DNA of 64,000 nucleotides from Hemiscyllium ocellatum (taxonomy: Eukaryota), in contig NC_083430.1 in assembly GCF_020745735.1 (NCBI RefSeq), positions 28,386,909 to 28,450,908 of the forward strand, in the 5' to 3' direction. Shown piece after piece: positions 52,850 to 64,000 of this stretch. The notes below the pieces were generated by a model, which was not told where the DNA came from, did not search any database, and was given only the letters and a program-made list of their open reading frames with translations. Each line of letters begins with the position of its first letter. The first letter of the stretch is position 1. The translations under genes were made by a program, and so were the position numbers.

Positions 52850-53400
52850 TGTAACAGGTTGTAAGGAGCCACAGAGGTAGTGAACAGGGTGGAGAGTAAA
52901 GAGTAAAAGGGAAGGCTTGTAAGGCCGATATCATTATCATTAAATTATCAATGGGACGAGTGCAGAACACAATACATACATTAATGAGACATAAAAATGA
53001 ACAAAACATTTACATAGAGGAGTTGAAAATGACAGAAGCAGAAGCATTACCAGAAACTGCCGTCAAACAATGGGACAAGTGACTATGATTCTCAGTTGTT
53101 GAATTCAATGTTGAGTCCAGAAGGCTGTAAAGTGAATAATGAGAGGTGCTATTGAACTTCAATGCAACAGTGTCAGAGTTCAATCTCAGAATGGAAGCAG
53201 GAAAGAGCATTGAAATAACAGGCAACTGGAAGCTCAGTCATTTTTGTGGGGCTGTTCCACAAAGTGATCTCCCAATTTGCATTTGGTCTATCAATTTACA
53301 AATTGTTTCATTAGTAACAAAGTAAATTGCTGTTTCACCTGAGAGAAATGTTTGGGAAGCTGGTCATTGGGAAAGGAGGTCAAGAAAGGACAGGTGTTGG
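52850..53400 (-). mobile_element. Old Penelope-like fragment
   Basis: TTGAATTCAATGTTGAGTCCAGAAGGCTGTAAAGTG corresponds to the PLE C-terminal LQPSGLNIEF in reverse. Confidence 0.55.
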
Positions 53401-54694
53401 ATCAGAATTTAACTCATAATGTCAAAATGACACTTAACATGTAAATAAAATGTTTTTCAAACAACTTAAGTCATATTATTTGGAAATCATTGTCAAATTA
53501 ATTGCAAAGCAAATTTTTCAGGGAAGATTATGCCTCCTTAAGCGAATATGTTTGTTAATCTGGTGACCATTACTAATGTGTGTTATGGGAATGGAGAGAT
53601 AGCATGTGCACTAGCATTGTGCACTTCCCACCAGCACAGAAGCTGCACTCTACACAGATTGCATCATTCTATAAATACTCAGGCTGCATTACATCTGAAC
53701 CGAGCTCTTCCCCCATCTCCTTTATAGTTTAACTGTCGGTACTATATAACATATGACATTCCACTTTGAGGTGTAGCCTCTATTCTGCTAAGTCACACCC
53801 TACTATGTTAACGGTGAAGTTCTGGATATGAGCTTCACCTTTTTTTGCAAGTAACAAGTCTTTATGAGAAGTATTTGTAATTTAAATATAATATTGGTTG
53901 AACAACAAATTAGCAGCCATTTTTAAAAAAATACATCCGTGTAGCCTTCAGTGTCCAGGATTATTGGACGCTATCTTGGTGACCTGCTGATATGTGTTGA
54001 CTGTGGCCACAACCAATGCAGATGAAAAGCTATTGTGATGTGTTTGTGCTGCAGATGAAAAGCTATCGTTTTCCTGCTGGAGAGGAATGGGGGAAACTGA
54101 ATGGGAGACTCGAAGGCTAGCCTCTCCTTCCTGCTCAAGCGTCTTGTCAGCTCTGCAGCTCTGGACGATATCTTGGTTACAATGACTGATAGAATTTTGC
54201 ACTGGTGAAATGGAACAGAAATATCATTGACTTTTTGCATAACAAGTGAAGTCCTGGGAATTCATAGTGCCTCGTGTTCCCTGTTTTCACCTACAATTTG
54301 GAAAAGAATACTACTTTTTACACTTGGAGTCATTTTCAAATTGTTTCAAAATTTGAACTCATTTCTATTCATGTTGCTGATGTCATTACGTTTTTACAGT
54401 AGACTTTCCATAATAGTTTTAAGTAACAGCAAACTCCCACCAGTCAATCTGCACTCCTTGTAAATTTGAATAAAATGTAACAAGCCTAAGAGTCAAGCAA
54501 ATAATCTTGACCATCATATTGGATCTAATGTGAGATTTCCTTGCCTTTTCTAATGGAAGATACACATGACAGTATGCAGCTTGGATTTGAGCTATTAGTC
54601 AACTTTATTAAATGGTAATGTTAAACAGTACTGTGTGGACAGTCACAATCTAAAATTTCTTACATATCTTTAGAGCCCTTTATTTCTGTGAAAG

Positions 54695-54918
54695 CAGAGC
54701 TGAAAATGTGTTGCTGGAAAAGTGCAGCAGGTCAGGCAGCATCCAAGGAGCAGGAGAATCGACGTTTTGGACATGAGCCCTTTTTCAGGAATCCTGAAGA
54801 AGGGCTCATGCCCAAAACATTGATTTTCCTGCTCCTGGGATGCTGCCTGACCTGCTGTGCTTTTCCAGCAACACATTTACAGCTCTGACCTCCAGCATCT
54901 GCAGTCCTCACTTTCTCC
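54695..54918. mobile_element. Palindromic Penelope-tail hairpin element with a 12-bp TSD
   Basis: About 95-bp inverted arms centred on TTCAGGAATCCTGAA; TTTCTGTGAAAG at 54683-54694 and 54919-54930. Confidence 0.9.
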
Positions 54919-57175
54919 TTTCTGTGAAAGTGGTTTAACAAACTGGAGAGTAGTTGATGTTTAGGCCATTCCTCCTTGTCTTCTGTATCACTCGTTCACA
55001 CTTGTAGCGCAGAGAAAAAAGTACTTCTTTTCTAATAGTTTATTTCTCTTAAGAAACATTTCTGAATCTGCTCACACATGGCCTTATACAGTCCATAATG
55101 AAATAGGTAATGTTTTACCAATGTGTAGACAATTTCATACTGTTATCATTTATGGCCTAATGTCCTGTAACTGTGGATTGTCCAATGAGCAAACTAAGTT
55201 AACATCAGATGGGTTACAGGCAGGAAGATCATTACTTTAGTTGTTGCTGTGTGTGTCCTACTGCTGAAGCAAGGCAGGATAGTGTCAGAGTCTAGATTAG
55301 CGTGGTGGTGAAAAAGCACGGCAGGTCAGGCAGCACCCGAGGAGCAAAAAAATCAAAGTTTCAGGCAAAAGCCCTTCATTAGGAATGAGACTCAATCTTG
55401 TCCACTCCTTTAATTTTCTGTTGAGTGAGACGGATAACCGTTGCCAATGGAAGCAAGTGTATTTAATATCTGTCAAGACTGGCAATTGATCAGTGGCTAC
55501 CAGACCAACATTCCAAGATGTATTATCAAAAGAGTAAATCTTATTTAGAAATAGTTTTGCCAGACCTTACAATGTTTGTTGACTGGCTTGTGCACTAACC
55601 GATATCAAGCATATTCAACTACTTCATCTCAGTGATCATACTTTTTTTACTTGTGACCCTGACCCAAGTTAATAATTAGCTGGATCCAAGGTGGCCCATC
55701 TGAGTACAGAGCATGGCACTGCACTCACTTCATGTTGGGAGAGACGCCACTTCAGTGGTGGAGCATTTCCTCCACCCTCCCCCAAGCCAGAGGGAAGAAA
55801 GTGGATTCCCAGCTGCAAACATCAATTTGTCTATAAGGCTCATTAATGAGACAATTGACGCTGGTCGCCCCAAGACAGTTAAAAGTGAGTTGCAGATTGC
55901 GTAGAGACTGAACACTTTCCCATATCCTCAGAACGTAACCCAGCGAACACTTTTGGGTTTGCCAATGGCCTCCCAGATACTTTGTGCCCAATCAAGGGTG
56001 GGGATCACTTTCTTCTGGTTTCCCTGCCTAATGCCCCCTGCCTCGGACTATTGCCCCACAACTTCCATCCTGTCTTCACTCTCCTATGGTTTGGGGTGCC
56101 ATGGCACTGGACTGGAGCTGCTGCCTTCTGAATAGCTGGTGGTTGGGACTTCATCGTCCGGGATCTCCACTTGTGGCCAAAACCCAATAATGGTCACTTC
56201 ACTTCCTGAAAAATGTCTGATTCTGTCAGGTCATAATGGCTCCCTGCTGGTTCTTCAATTCTACCCAACAAATACCCTGTCATTTTCCAACTCTACGAGG
56301 CATCATAGAAATTTCAATTCTGGCCTTACGTATCTACATTAGCAATAAGCTGAAACCCATGTTGAGTCCCTGTCTAAACCAGAGCCAAGTCAAATTTAAC
56401 TCCTCTGCTATTGTTTGTGCTGGGAACAATTAACTTGCTGCACACTTTGAACCAAATATTGAATGTTCCTTGTGTGGCTAAGTCAAATATTGATTGTTGA
56501 AGTAACTAACAGGCCCATCCAGAAAATTACAATATTTACCCTATTTGCTACATTAATTCAATGATACTGAAGAAAAGAAAAAAAACTTCACACATGCAAC
56601 CACAGACTCTCCAGTTCTCTCTCACTCACACGCGAGCACATTGACTAATCATTGGTTGTGTTGAGAGCTAGCTATTAATACCAACATAACCATGAATATA
56701 AACACCTGAACATGTTCTAAGAAATGGTCAATGTTTCTCACCACAGTCAGATCCACACAGTGGTTAAGTCTTTCATGGTCACATAACACTGCTTTTTAGG
56801 TAGCATAATTATCACTAGTTGTTACATTTGGGATATACATCGAAAGGTAAGTTACTGGAACTTCTGTATTCGTGTCTGGGAGGGATACAAACCATCTACT
56901 GCTGTTAGAGAATGTTACCTCAACCATACCCTTTAGTTCAGTATCCTGGAATTGATATTCTTGATATAATGAAAAAAAGCTTCAAAATAATAAAGATGGA
57001 CAAATATGAAACCATCATAGCAATCTTGGCATATACCAAAGCTAAATACTAGCTTTGATTAGAAAAGCCAGAGGCACCATGTCTGTAATATCCCAACAAT
57101 GGCTTTTTGCTAGATATCACTACTATTCGCCAATTGCTTCACCAGCTGAATGTAGCTGGGCAGGTCAAATGGATG

Positions 57176-57332
57176 GAGAAAGTGAGGACTGCAGATGCTG
57201 GAGATCAGAGCTGAAAATGTGTTGCTGGAAAAGTGCAGAAGGGCTGAAGAAGGGTTCATGCTCGAAACATTGATTCTCCTGCTCCTTGGATGCTGCCTGA
57301 CCTGCTGCGCTTTTCCAGCAACACATTTTCAG
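57176..57332. mobile_element. Hairpin PLE-tail element with a deletion in one arm
   Basis: Same family as above; imperfect TSD AAATGGATG / AATTGGATG. Confidence 0.8.
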
Positions 57333-58069
57333 ATTAATTGGATGCTCAGCAAAATGTTCATGGTTTGGTGGTGGACACCAAAGCACACATTTTCCATTGA
57401 AAAATATATGAATTAAGGAGAAGGCAATGGAAAGTTAGGTTGTATGGGAAATACAAGGTACAGTAGAACATTGTTATTGAAAAAAAGCCCTATCTTTATT
57501 TTCGTGTTTACAGCTGATGTATGAAGCAGTCCTTTGTTTCTTATTCAGTAAGTAATTGTATTTCTCTGCATTTTTCCTTCCAAACTCATTTTAATTTTGA
57601 TTTGCTAATACACACATGCCACTTACACTGCACTAAACTGCTGCCCTGGTAAATGACCTTGAATTCTGCCAACAAAAATAAAAAAAATCAATTTTGTCAT
57701 CCATCTGTTACTATGTAAACAAACCAAATGAGTTATTTTAAGCAATGGCTACAGTTATTCAGAAGTCCTTTCTTAAAATCTTTTTAGGTGCATTGAACAC
57801 ATCTCAACTTTCTGCAGTAAAACAAAATATTCTGATATTAACTAAAGGTGGGTGGGGGTGATTAATATACATGTATTTTTATAAATCTGATTTTTAATAA
57901 ATGTATTTTTCAGCAAGATATCTATGTGTATTTTAGAATTTGCTATAATAGTTTCCAAGGTAATACTGACAAATCTCTACAGTGTCTTGTAGGTGTAGTC
58001 TATCCTGGGTTACATGGTTATGTTTTCATTGCTATTGGTTTGTCTCCCTCGGTCTAGTTTTACATATGT

Positions 58070-60175
58070 AGAAAGATGTTGCCCTGAAGATCAGGATTAA
58101 GGCGCCAACTCGAAGTTACCTTCTCCTACTGCCCCTTCAACCACAACCTCAACCCCCATCACCAAACCATCATCTCCCAGACCGTACGCAACCTCATTAG
58201 CTCAGGGGATTTCCCACCCACAGCTTTCAACCTCAAAGTTCGGGAACCCCGCACCACCCAGTTCTACCTCCTACCCTCCACAAGCTTGACTACCCTGGCT
58301 GACCCATCATCTTGGCCTGCTCCTGCCCCTTGATACTGTCCTATCTCCTCTGGTCCAGGAACTCCCCACACACATTTGGGACATCACCCATGCCCTCCAC
58401 CTCCTCCAAGACTTTCGTTTCTCTGGCCCCCAACGCCTCACCTTCACCATGGACATCCAGTCCCTATACAAAGAGTCAGTTAGACTTGTAATGTCAGCTG
58501 TTTTCTCTCCTTACAGATGCTGCCAGACCTACTGAGATTTTCCAGCATTTTCTCTTTTGGTTTAAGATTCCAGCATCCGCAGTAATTTGCTTTTATCCAG
58601 TCCCTATACACCTCTATCCACCATGACCAGGGCCTCCAAGCCCTCCGTTTCTTCTTCTCCCGGTATCCCCACCAGTACCCTGCCACTGACACTCTCATTC
58701 GTTTGGCTGAACTGGTTCGTAACCTCAATAATTTCTACTTTGAATCCTTCCACTTCCTCCCGATGAAAGGGGTCATGGGTCCCAGCTATGCCTGCCTCTT
58801 TGTCAGCTATGTGGAACAGTTTATCTTCCGCCATTACACTGGCACCATTCACACCTTTTCCTCCATACGTTGATGATTGTTTCGGTGCCACCTCATGCTC
58901 TCACGAGGAGGTTGAACAGTTCATCAACTTCACCAACCTATTCAGCCTCGACCTTAAGTCTACCTGATCCATTTCAGACATCTCCCACCCCTTCCTGGAA
59001 CTCTCCATCTCCATCAATGGTGACTGACTCAACACTGATATCTCTACAAACCCACAAACTCCCACAGCTACCCAGATTACATCTCCTCCCATCCTGCTGC
59101 TGCATCTGTTCCCAGAAGGACCAGTTCCACCACAGAACACAGCAGATAGCTTCTTTAAAGACTGCAATTTCCCCTTCCACGTGGTTAATGATGCCCTCCA
59201 GCGCATCTCCACCCTCAAACCCCACCCCTCCAACTGCAGTAAGGATAGAACGCCATTGATCATCACCTTCCACCCGACCAACCTTCGTATTCATCACATC
59301 ATCCTCCGCCATTTCCATCACATACAAACAGATTCCACCACCAGACATATATTTCCCTCCACACCCCTATCCGCTTTCTGTAAACACCATTCCCTCCGCG
59401 ACTCCTTTGTCAGGTCTACACCCTCCACCAACCCACCCTCCCCTCCTGGCACCTTCCCCTGCCACTGCAGGGATTGCAAAACCTGCACCCACACCATCCC
59501 CCCTCACCTCTGTCCAAAGTCCCAAAGGAGCCTTCCACATCCATCAGCGTTTTATCTGCACTTCCACAAATGTCATTCATTACTACATCCATTGCTCCCG
59601 ATGCGGGGAGACAGGACACCTATTCACAGAGAACATCTCTGGGACACCCGCACTGACCAACCCCACTGCACCGTGGCCAAATACTTCAACCCCCCCCTCC
59701 CACTCCACCAAAGACATGCAGGTCCTGGGCATCCTTATCGCCAAACCCTAACCACCCGACGCCTGGAGAAAGAATACCTCATCTTCCGCCTTGGGGCCCT
59801 CCAACCCCATAGCATCAATGTGGATTTCACCAGTTTTCGCATTTCTCCTTCCCCCACCTTATCCCAGTCCCATCCTTCCAACTCGGAACTGCCCTTGTGA
59901 CCTGTCCTACCTGTCCATCTTCCTTTCCACCTATCCTCCTCTCTGACCCATCAGCATTATTCCCACCTCCATCCACCTATTGCACTCTCACATACCTTCT
60001 CCACAGCCCCACCCCCCTCCCATTTATCTCTCCGCCCCCAAGGCTCCCAGCCTCATTCCTGATGAAGAGCTTTTGCCTGAAACGTCGATTCTCCTGCTCC
60101 TCGGATGCTGCCTGACCTGCTGTGCTTTACCAACAACACACTCTTGACTCTAATCTGCAGTCCTCACTGTGGCCT
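58070..60175 (+). mobile_element. Penelope-like retroelement (RT plus GIY-YIG endonuclease), decayed
   Basis: FTMDIQSLY, MGPSYACLF, IHCSRCGET and RRLEKEYLIFRLGALQP peptides; the 3' tail carries a hammerhead-like CTGATGA...GAAAC. Confidence 0.9.
58471..58594 (+). mobile_element. 124-bp PLE-tail insertion with a 16-bp TSD
   Basis: ATCCAGTCCCTATACA at 58455-58470 and 58595-58610. Confidence 0.9.
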
Positions 60176-63100
60176 ACTTAATCCATCTAATGCCTACTGG
60201 CACATAACAATTCAATCTCAAACTTGATTATTGGAGCTGGATGCTGTCCCTGGCTCCAACTGGGAAGGAACTACTATTTCAATTTACATTATTACCACAT
60301 GATCCCTCTGTAAAAAAAATTAAAACACTTTTAAATGAGTGCAAATTCTGGCCACATTTGGATTAGTGACAAATCTAAATAAACTGTACTGACAAACTAT
60401 GCTGAGACTTGTGTGCTGCTGAAGACACCTTGCATGTTGGGACTGAAATGTATGTAACATTACAGGTGCAGTAAACTTTGCCAGCAGTGTATTGCCTAAT
60501 GTATTATGGCTTTGCTGTATTTATTTTACATTCCCTCTTAGAAATGAACACAATGCCATTATCTAATTTGATTGCACCACTTTCAAAAATTTCATTCTTT
60601 TCCCCACTGGAAATTTCCTTGATTTAAGACTTTGTACTATTAGTTGTGTATACTTCAAAATAATGTTCTACAGTTGTTAGATGTGTACACTTGAGAGTAG
60701 CAATTGTAGACTTCAATGTAAGCTTTAAATGTGCAGCTCAATGTCTTTCCCATCCCCCATCCCACCCTAATAGTCCAGTAGAAATTAACATTTTTTTTGC
60801 GATGGTGTTAACTTGTAGCGATATCACTTCATCCCTGATCAATGTTCAGACCAAATGTTAAAATAGAACTGTAACATTATTCCAGTTTAATACTGCTTCA
60901 GAGGGTGAATTCATGATTACCGAGTAGATAGGTAGAATATTCACACATGACTGTGTGGTATTAACTACAGGTAGCCATTACATTAAAAAAAAAGACTTGA
61001 TTATCTGTTTCATGGGTCCAATCTGAAGTACTATGGATTATAGCCCTTTGAGATTTTTAAAATTACTTTCCGATAGCTAATTCATGTAAGACGTTGTAGT
61101 GATGGAGATGACAGAATTGTAGACAATTCCATCATTTGCAATCACATGTCCACTGTGTTTCACCTTCCCCACCACCACAATCCCCCACACCCCCCCCCCC
61201 CCCCCCCCCCCTCAGGTTTAACGGAATTTGTTGTGCTCAGCATAAGATGTGGTTTCTAATGCTTCTGTATGGAAGGGCAGTATTCATCCTACCATTCATG
61301 ATCTGGTAATACCCATCTATCAAGTAGATTTTCCACCTGTTTTATGCAAAGCAATTTGTTTTGATATCACAGAGATGAGCTTACTCCATTCGGGCCCTCC
61401 CAGGCTATCTTGTTCCAGTTCTTACATGGATTTTGTGAGGATAAGTAATACTGTCTACCTCGTTGTTGTTGCTATGTCAACAAAATAATCCAACACATTA
61501 GCTTCCCCCATCCAGGGAAACAGCATTACGTAAGCTTGTGAGGACTTCAAACCTTTCATGTGACATACAGTACAACATAGGAGCAAGTGGACCAGTCCTT
61601 TCAGGACTTGTGAAAAACAGGGCATGATGCAGCAGTAAATATTCAAACTGTTAAATAGGAAACCTCTTAGTCATCTGAAATCTGTGTGAATTTTCACAAC
61701 AATGTACACTTTTTACACAAGAAATCAGGATCAGATTGGATAAAGCACATTTAATGTTGACAGTAGGCCTTCATCATTTAAGACATAGTGACAGCTTGAA
61801 TCACTCATATTAAGAGCCCAAAACTTAGATCAATTTCTCATCAAAATGCTGATCCTTTTATTTATTTTAAAAGCAGACATTTTCATTCTCTGTTATCAAT
61901 GCTACTGTCGGACATTGAGTGAATAATGCCCTTAAACAAATGTCCCCTGCCAACTCTCATTAACACCTTTTTTAAGTAACTCCAGAGCTTCAATTTGAGC
62001 AGATTATTTCTTCATTGGCTTGTTGATCTTCCATTTGTTTGTACAGCTAACAGTTTTATACCCCCTCGTTACTTATTGGTAGAGTTACATTAAAGACGGA
62101 GAAATCAGAAGTGTGTTAGTTTATCTAAGAACCTCACAGCTAACAGCTGCTGCCGAGGATTGATCTTATTCTCACGGCCTGGTGACTTAAGAGTGGGCCC
62201 AGGCCTCATATCTGGTCAGGTTTCAATTCAATCTTCAATGAGTGTTGCATGCATTCCAGCTGGCAACTGATATGATTACTCAGTAATTCCTCATTGGGGT
62301 TTTGCTGTTCTTACACGATAAATGAAATAAAAACATAGTACTTGGATGTTGTAATGTGGTTTCTATGTGGACCTTTTGTTTTTTAAAGAACAGATCAGCT
62401 AACGTATTTCAGCCAGTAGCATGTTAGCTGTAGTTGGATACGGGACAGTGAAAATAATTGTTTCCTCTGGAATGAATGGAAAATTACATATAGATTTCTT
62501 TCTTCACAAACTGTACTCTGTGCTGGTTTGTAGAGACCATTATCTATGTTCTTATCTATTGTGTAGATAGCTGCTGAACTGTTTTGGATAAAAATGATGA
62601 GTTCTCTCGAATTTGGTGTGGAGTTTTCAGGAGCACTTTTCACTATGAAGGAAGAGATGGGTTATCAATTGCCGATACAGAAAACAAGGTGATACTGCTT
62701 TTACAAGAATGACCGTTTACTGACATGCCTTTGCTTGAACTCTACTCAAATGGATCCTATTAAAAGAGGAAGAACAGGTAACGGAAAAAAGCTCAGGACA
62801 AGTTTGTCTGAAGTGACTAATGGAAGAATAAAGCAAACATTTATGTACCATTGGACGGGAAGGTGGAGTTTACAGTCTTTAATTATTGCAAAAAGCTGAA
62901 TTCAAGGCAATGCTTGAGGTGATGCATATGTTCTATTCTTAATACTGAACAGCAATTACATGCACTGGTGATGAGATCTGACTTTATATGTGGTCCCTTA
63001 TGATTGAATGATTTAAAATAACTTAGCTGAATGAGATGTTTCTTGAAGCAAGGGTGAAATAATTTACCAAACTTGTGGAAACAGTATACTGAGCTGATTG

Positions 63101-64000
63101 CAGTATGGCCTATTACCATGCTAATTAAAGTTTGAAAAAAAAACTGATTTAATACTTGATTATGTGTGAGACTGAAACACAGAAGGCTGAATACAGATAG
63201 AGATATTTTGTGGAACGTAGATATTCTCGGGGTTATACAGGGAAGGTAGTAGCCAGCAATGAATATTGTAAGGTGTAAAGCATGTTCTGGAACTTTGCTT
63301 GATTTATAAATGGAAATTAGGTGTTTTTGAAGCATTCCAGAATAAAAGTTATTGTTCATGATGTCTTGTGATACATGATTAATTTTCTTGATAAATAGGG
63401 CAGCGTTACAGTTTTTTTTCTCTCACAATTTGTTCCAGCTGTGGTAATAGATCAGATATTATCATTCATGGGAAATGGCTGCCTATAGATGACAAACATT
63501 TTCTGTTCAAGGTACAGATCACAGAATGCTGGAGTGGGAATCTTGGTTTATTTTCCCTTTCTTTCCCAACGTGCCCACATTGCAATGTCGGTGAGAAAGA
63601 TAATGCAATACAGACTACTAATGTGATCACCATATTTTCGTTAAGACCATATGTTCCACAAGCACGGGAGTCAGTACACCAACAGCTTGTGTTAAATAAG
63701 AAATTGGCATTGTCAATAAAAGTTCTATCTGAATGTTATTTTAATCTGATATAATTTGCCTGGGGAGTAATCCACATTCTTGGAGTATGTTTATTACGCC
63801 AAATTATTTTTGGTCTTTGGTTGAAAGTAGTTTAATTAAAGACTAGCAGTTATTATACAGCCTCAACACATCACAAAGGGCTTATAGCTAATGGAATATA
63901 ATTGAAATGGAATAATGATTGCATGTAAGTTGGTGATAGACACATGAAAGATAAGCAGATCTTGAACATTGATTTGCTTTTGAGAAAGACAGTTATCGTT

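Larger units (their letters stand above)
29530..54201 (-). pseudogene. Unidentified multi-exon gene or unprocessed pseudogene, convergent with KIAA0319L
   Basis: AG/GT-bounded segments: 54201-~53935, 50179-50102, 46904-46699, 46409-46269, 45421-45351, 43050-42915, 42496(or 42566)-42365, 38533-38488, 31227-31041, 30661-30581, 30015-29881, 29754-29530. Most junctions are phase-compatible. Several segments are stop-free and protein-like; others have 1-5 in-frame stops. Confidence 0.55.
56800..63590 (+). pseudogene. 5' part of a second unidentified multi-exon gene or pseudogene, continuing beyond the window
   Basis: AG/GT-bounded segments 56800-56846, 57514-57547, 57914-57959, 62567-62777 and 63439-63590. 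The last four join in phase: MKQSFVSYS|QDIYVYFRICYNSFQ|DSC*TVLDKNDEFSRIWCGVFRSTFHYEGRDGLSIADTENKVILLLQE*PFTDMPLLELYSNGSY*KRKN|SCGNRSDIIIHGKWLPIDDKHFLFKVQITECWSGNLGLFSLSFPTCPHCNV. Confidence 0.5.

Noticed and set aside
62883-63359. 158-aa minus-strand ORF
   Set aside because: Composition reflects AT-rich DNA (F, L, I, S, H), with no motif. It lies within an intron of the + candidate and is probably chance.
31041-63590. Selenocysteine, readthrough or U-to-C editing as the explanation for the in-frame stops in the two unknown genes
   Set aside because: TAA and TAG occur as well as TGA, I identified no SECIS, and frameshifts are also needed. The fact that every stop reads well as Q or R after T->C is true of any stop codon, so it is not evidence.

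Overview
AT-rich, repeat-dense vertebrate DNA. The repeat inventory (CR1 LINEs, HE1/V-type tRNA SINEs, Penelope elements) points to a cartilaginous fish (inference). On the + strand, 1683-27190 holds the last nine coding exons of KIAA0319L (AAVR): end of PKD4, PKD5, a juxtamembrane Cys-rich region, the TM helix and the cytoplasmic tail ending EEIL*. All nine have GT-AG boundaries and consistent phases. Downstream there is no gene I recognise. However, two chains of exon-like, AG/GT-bounded segments emerge, mostly missing from the ORF track: one on the - strand (54201 to 29530, convergent on the KIAA0319L 3' UTR) and one on the + strand (about 56800-63590, running out of the window). They sit head-to-head and both carry in-frame stops, so they look like a pair of unidentified decayed genes. 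Other items: a decayed glycoprotein/env-like fossil with template-switch-type rearrangements (33-35 kb); palindromic Penelope-derived hairpin elements with hammerhead-ribozyme relics; and a 409-bp inverted copy of a KIAA0319L intron segment beside an assembly gap (probably an artefact). Repeat boundaries are approximate unless a TSD or TIR is given.
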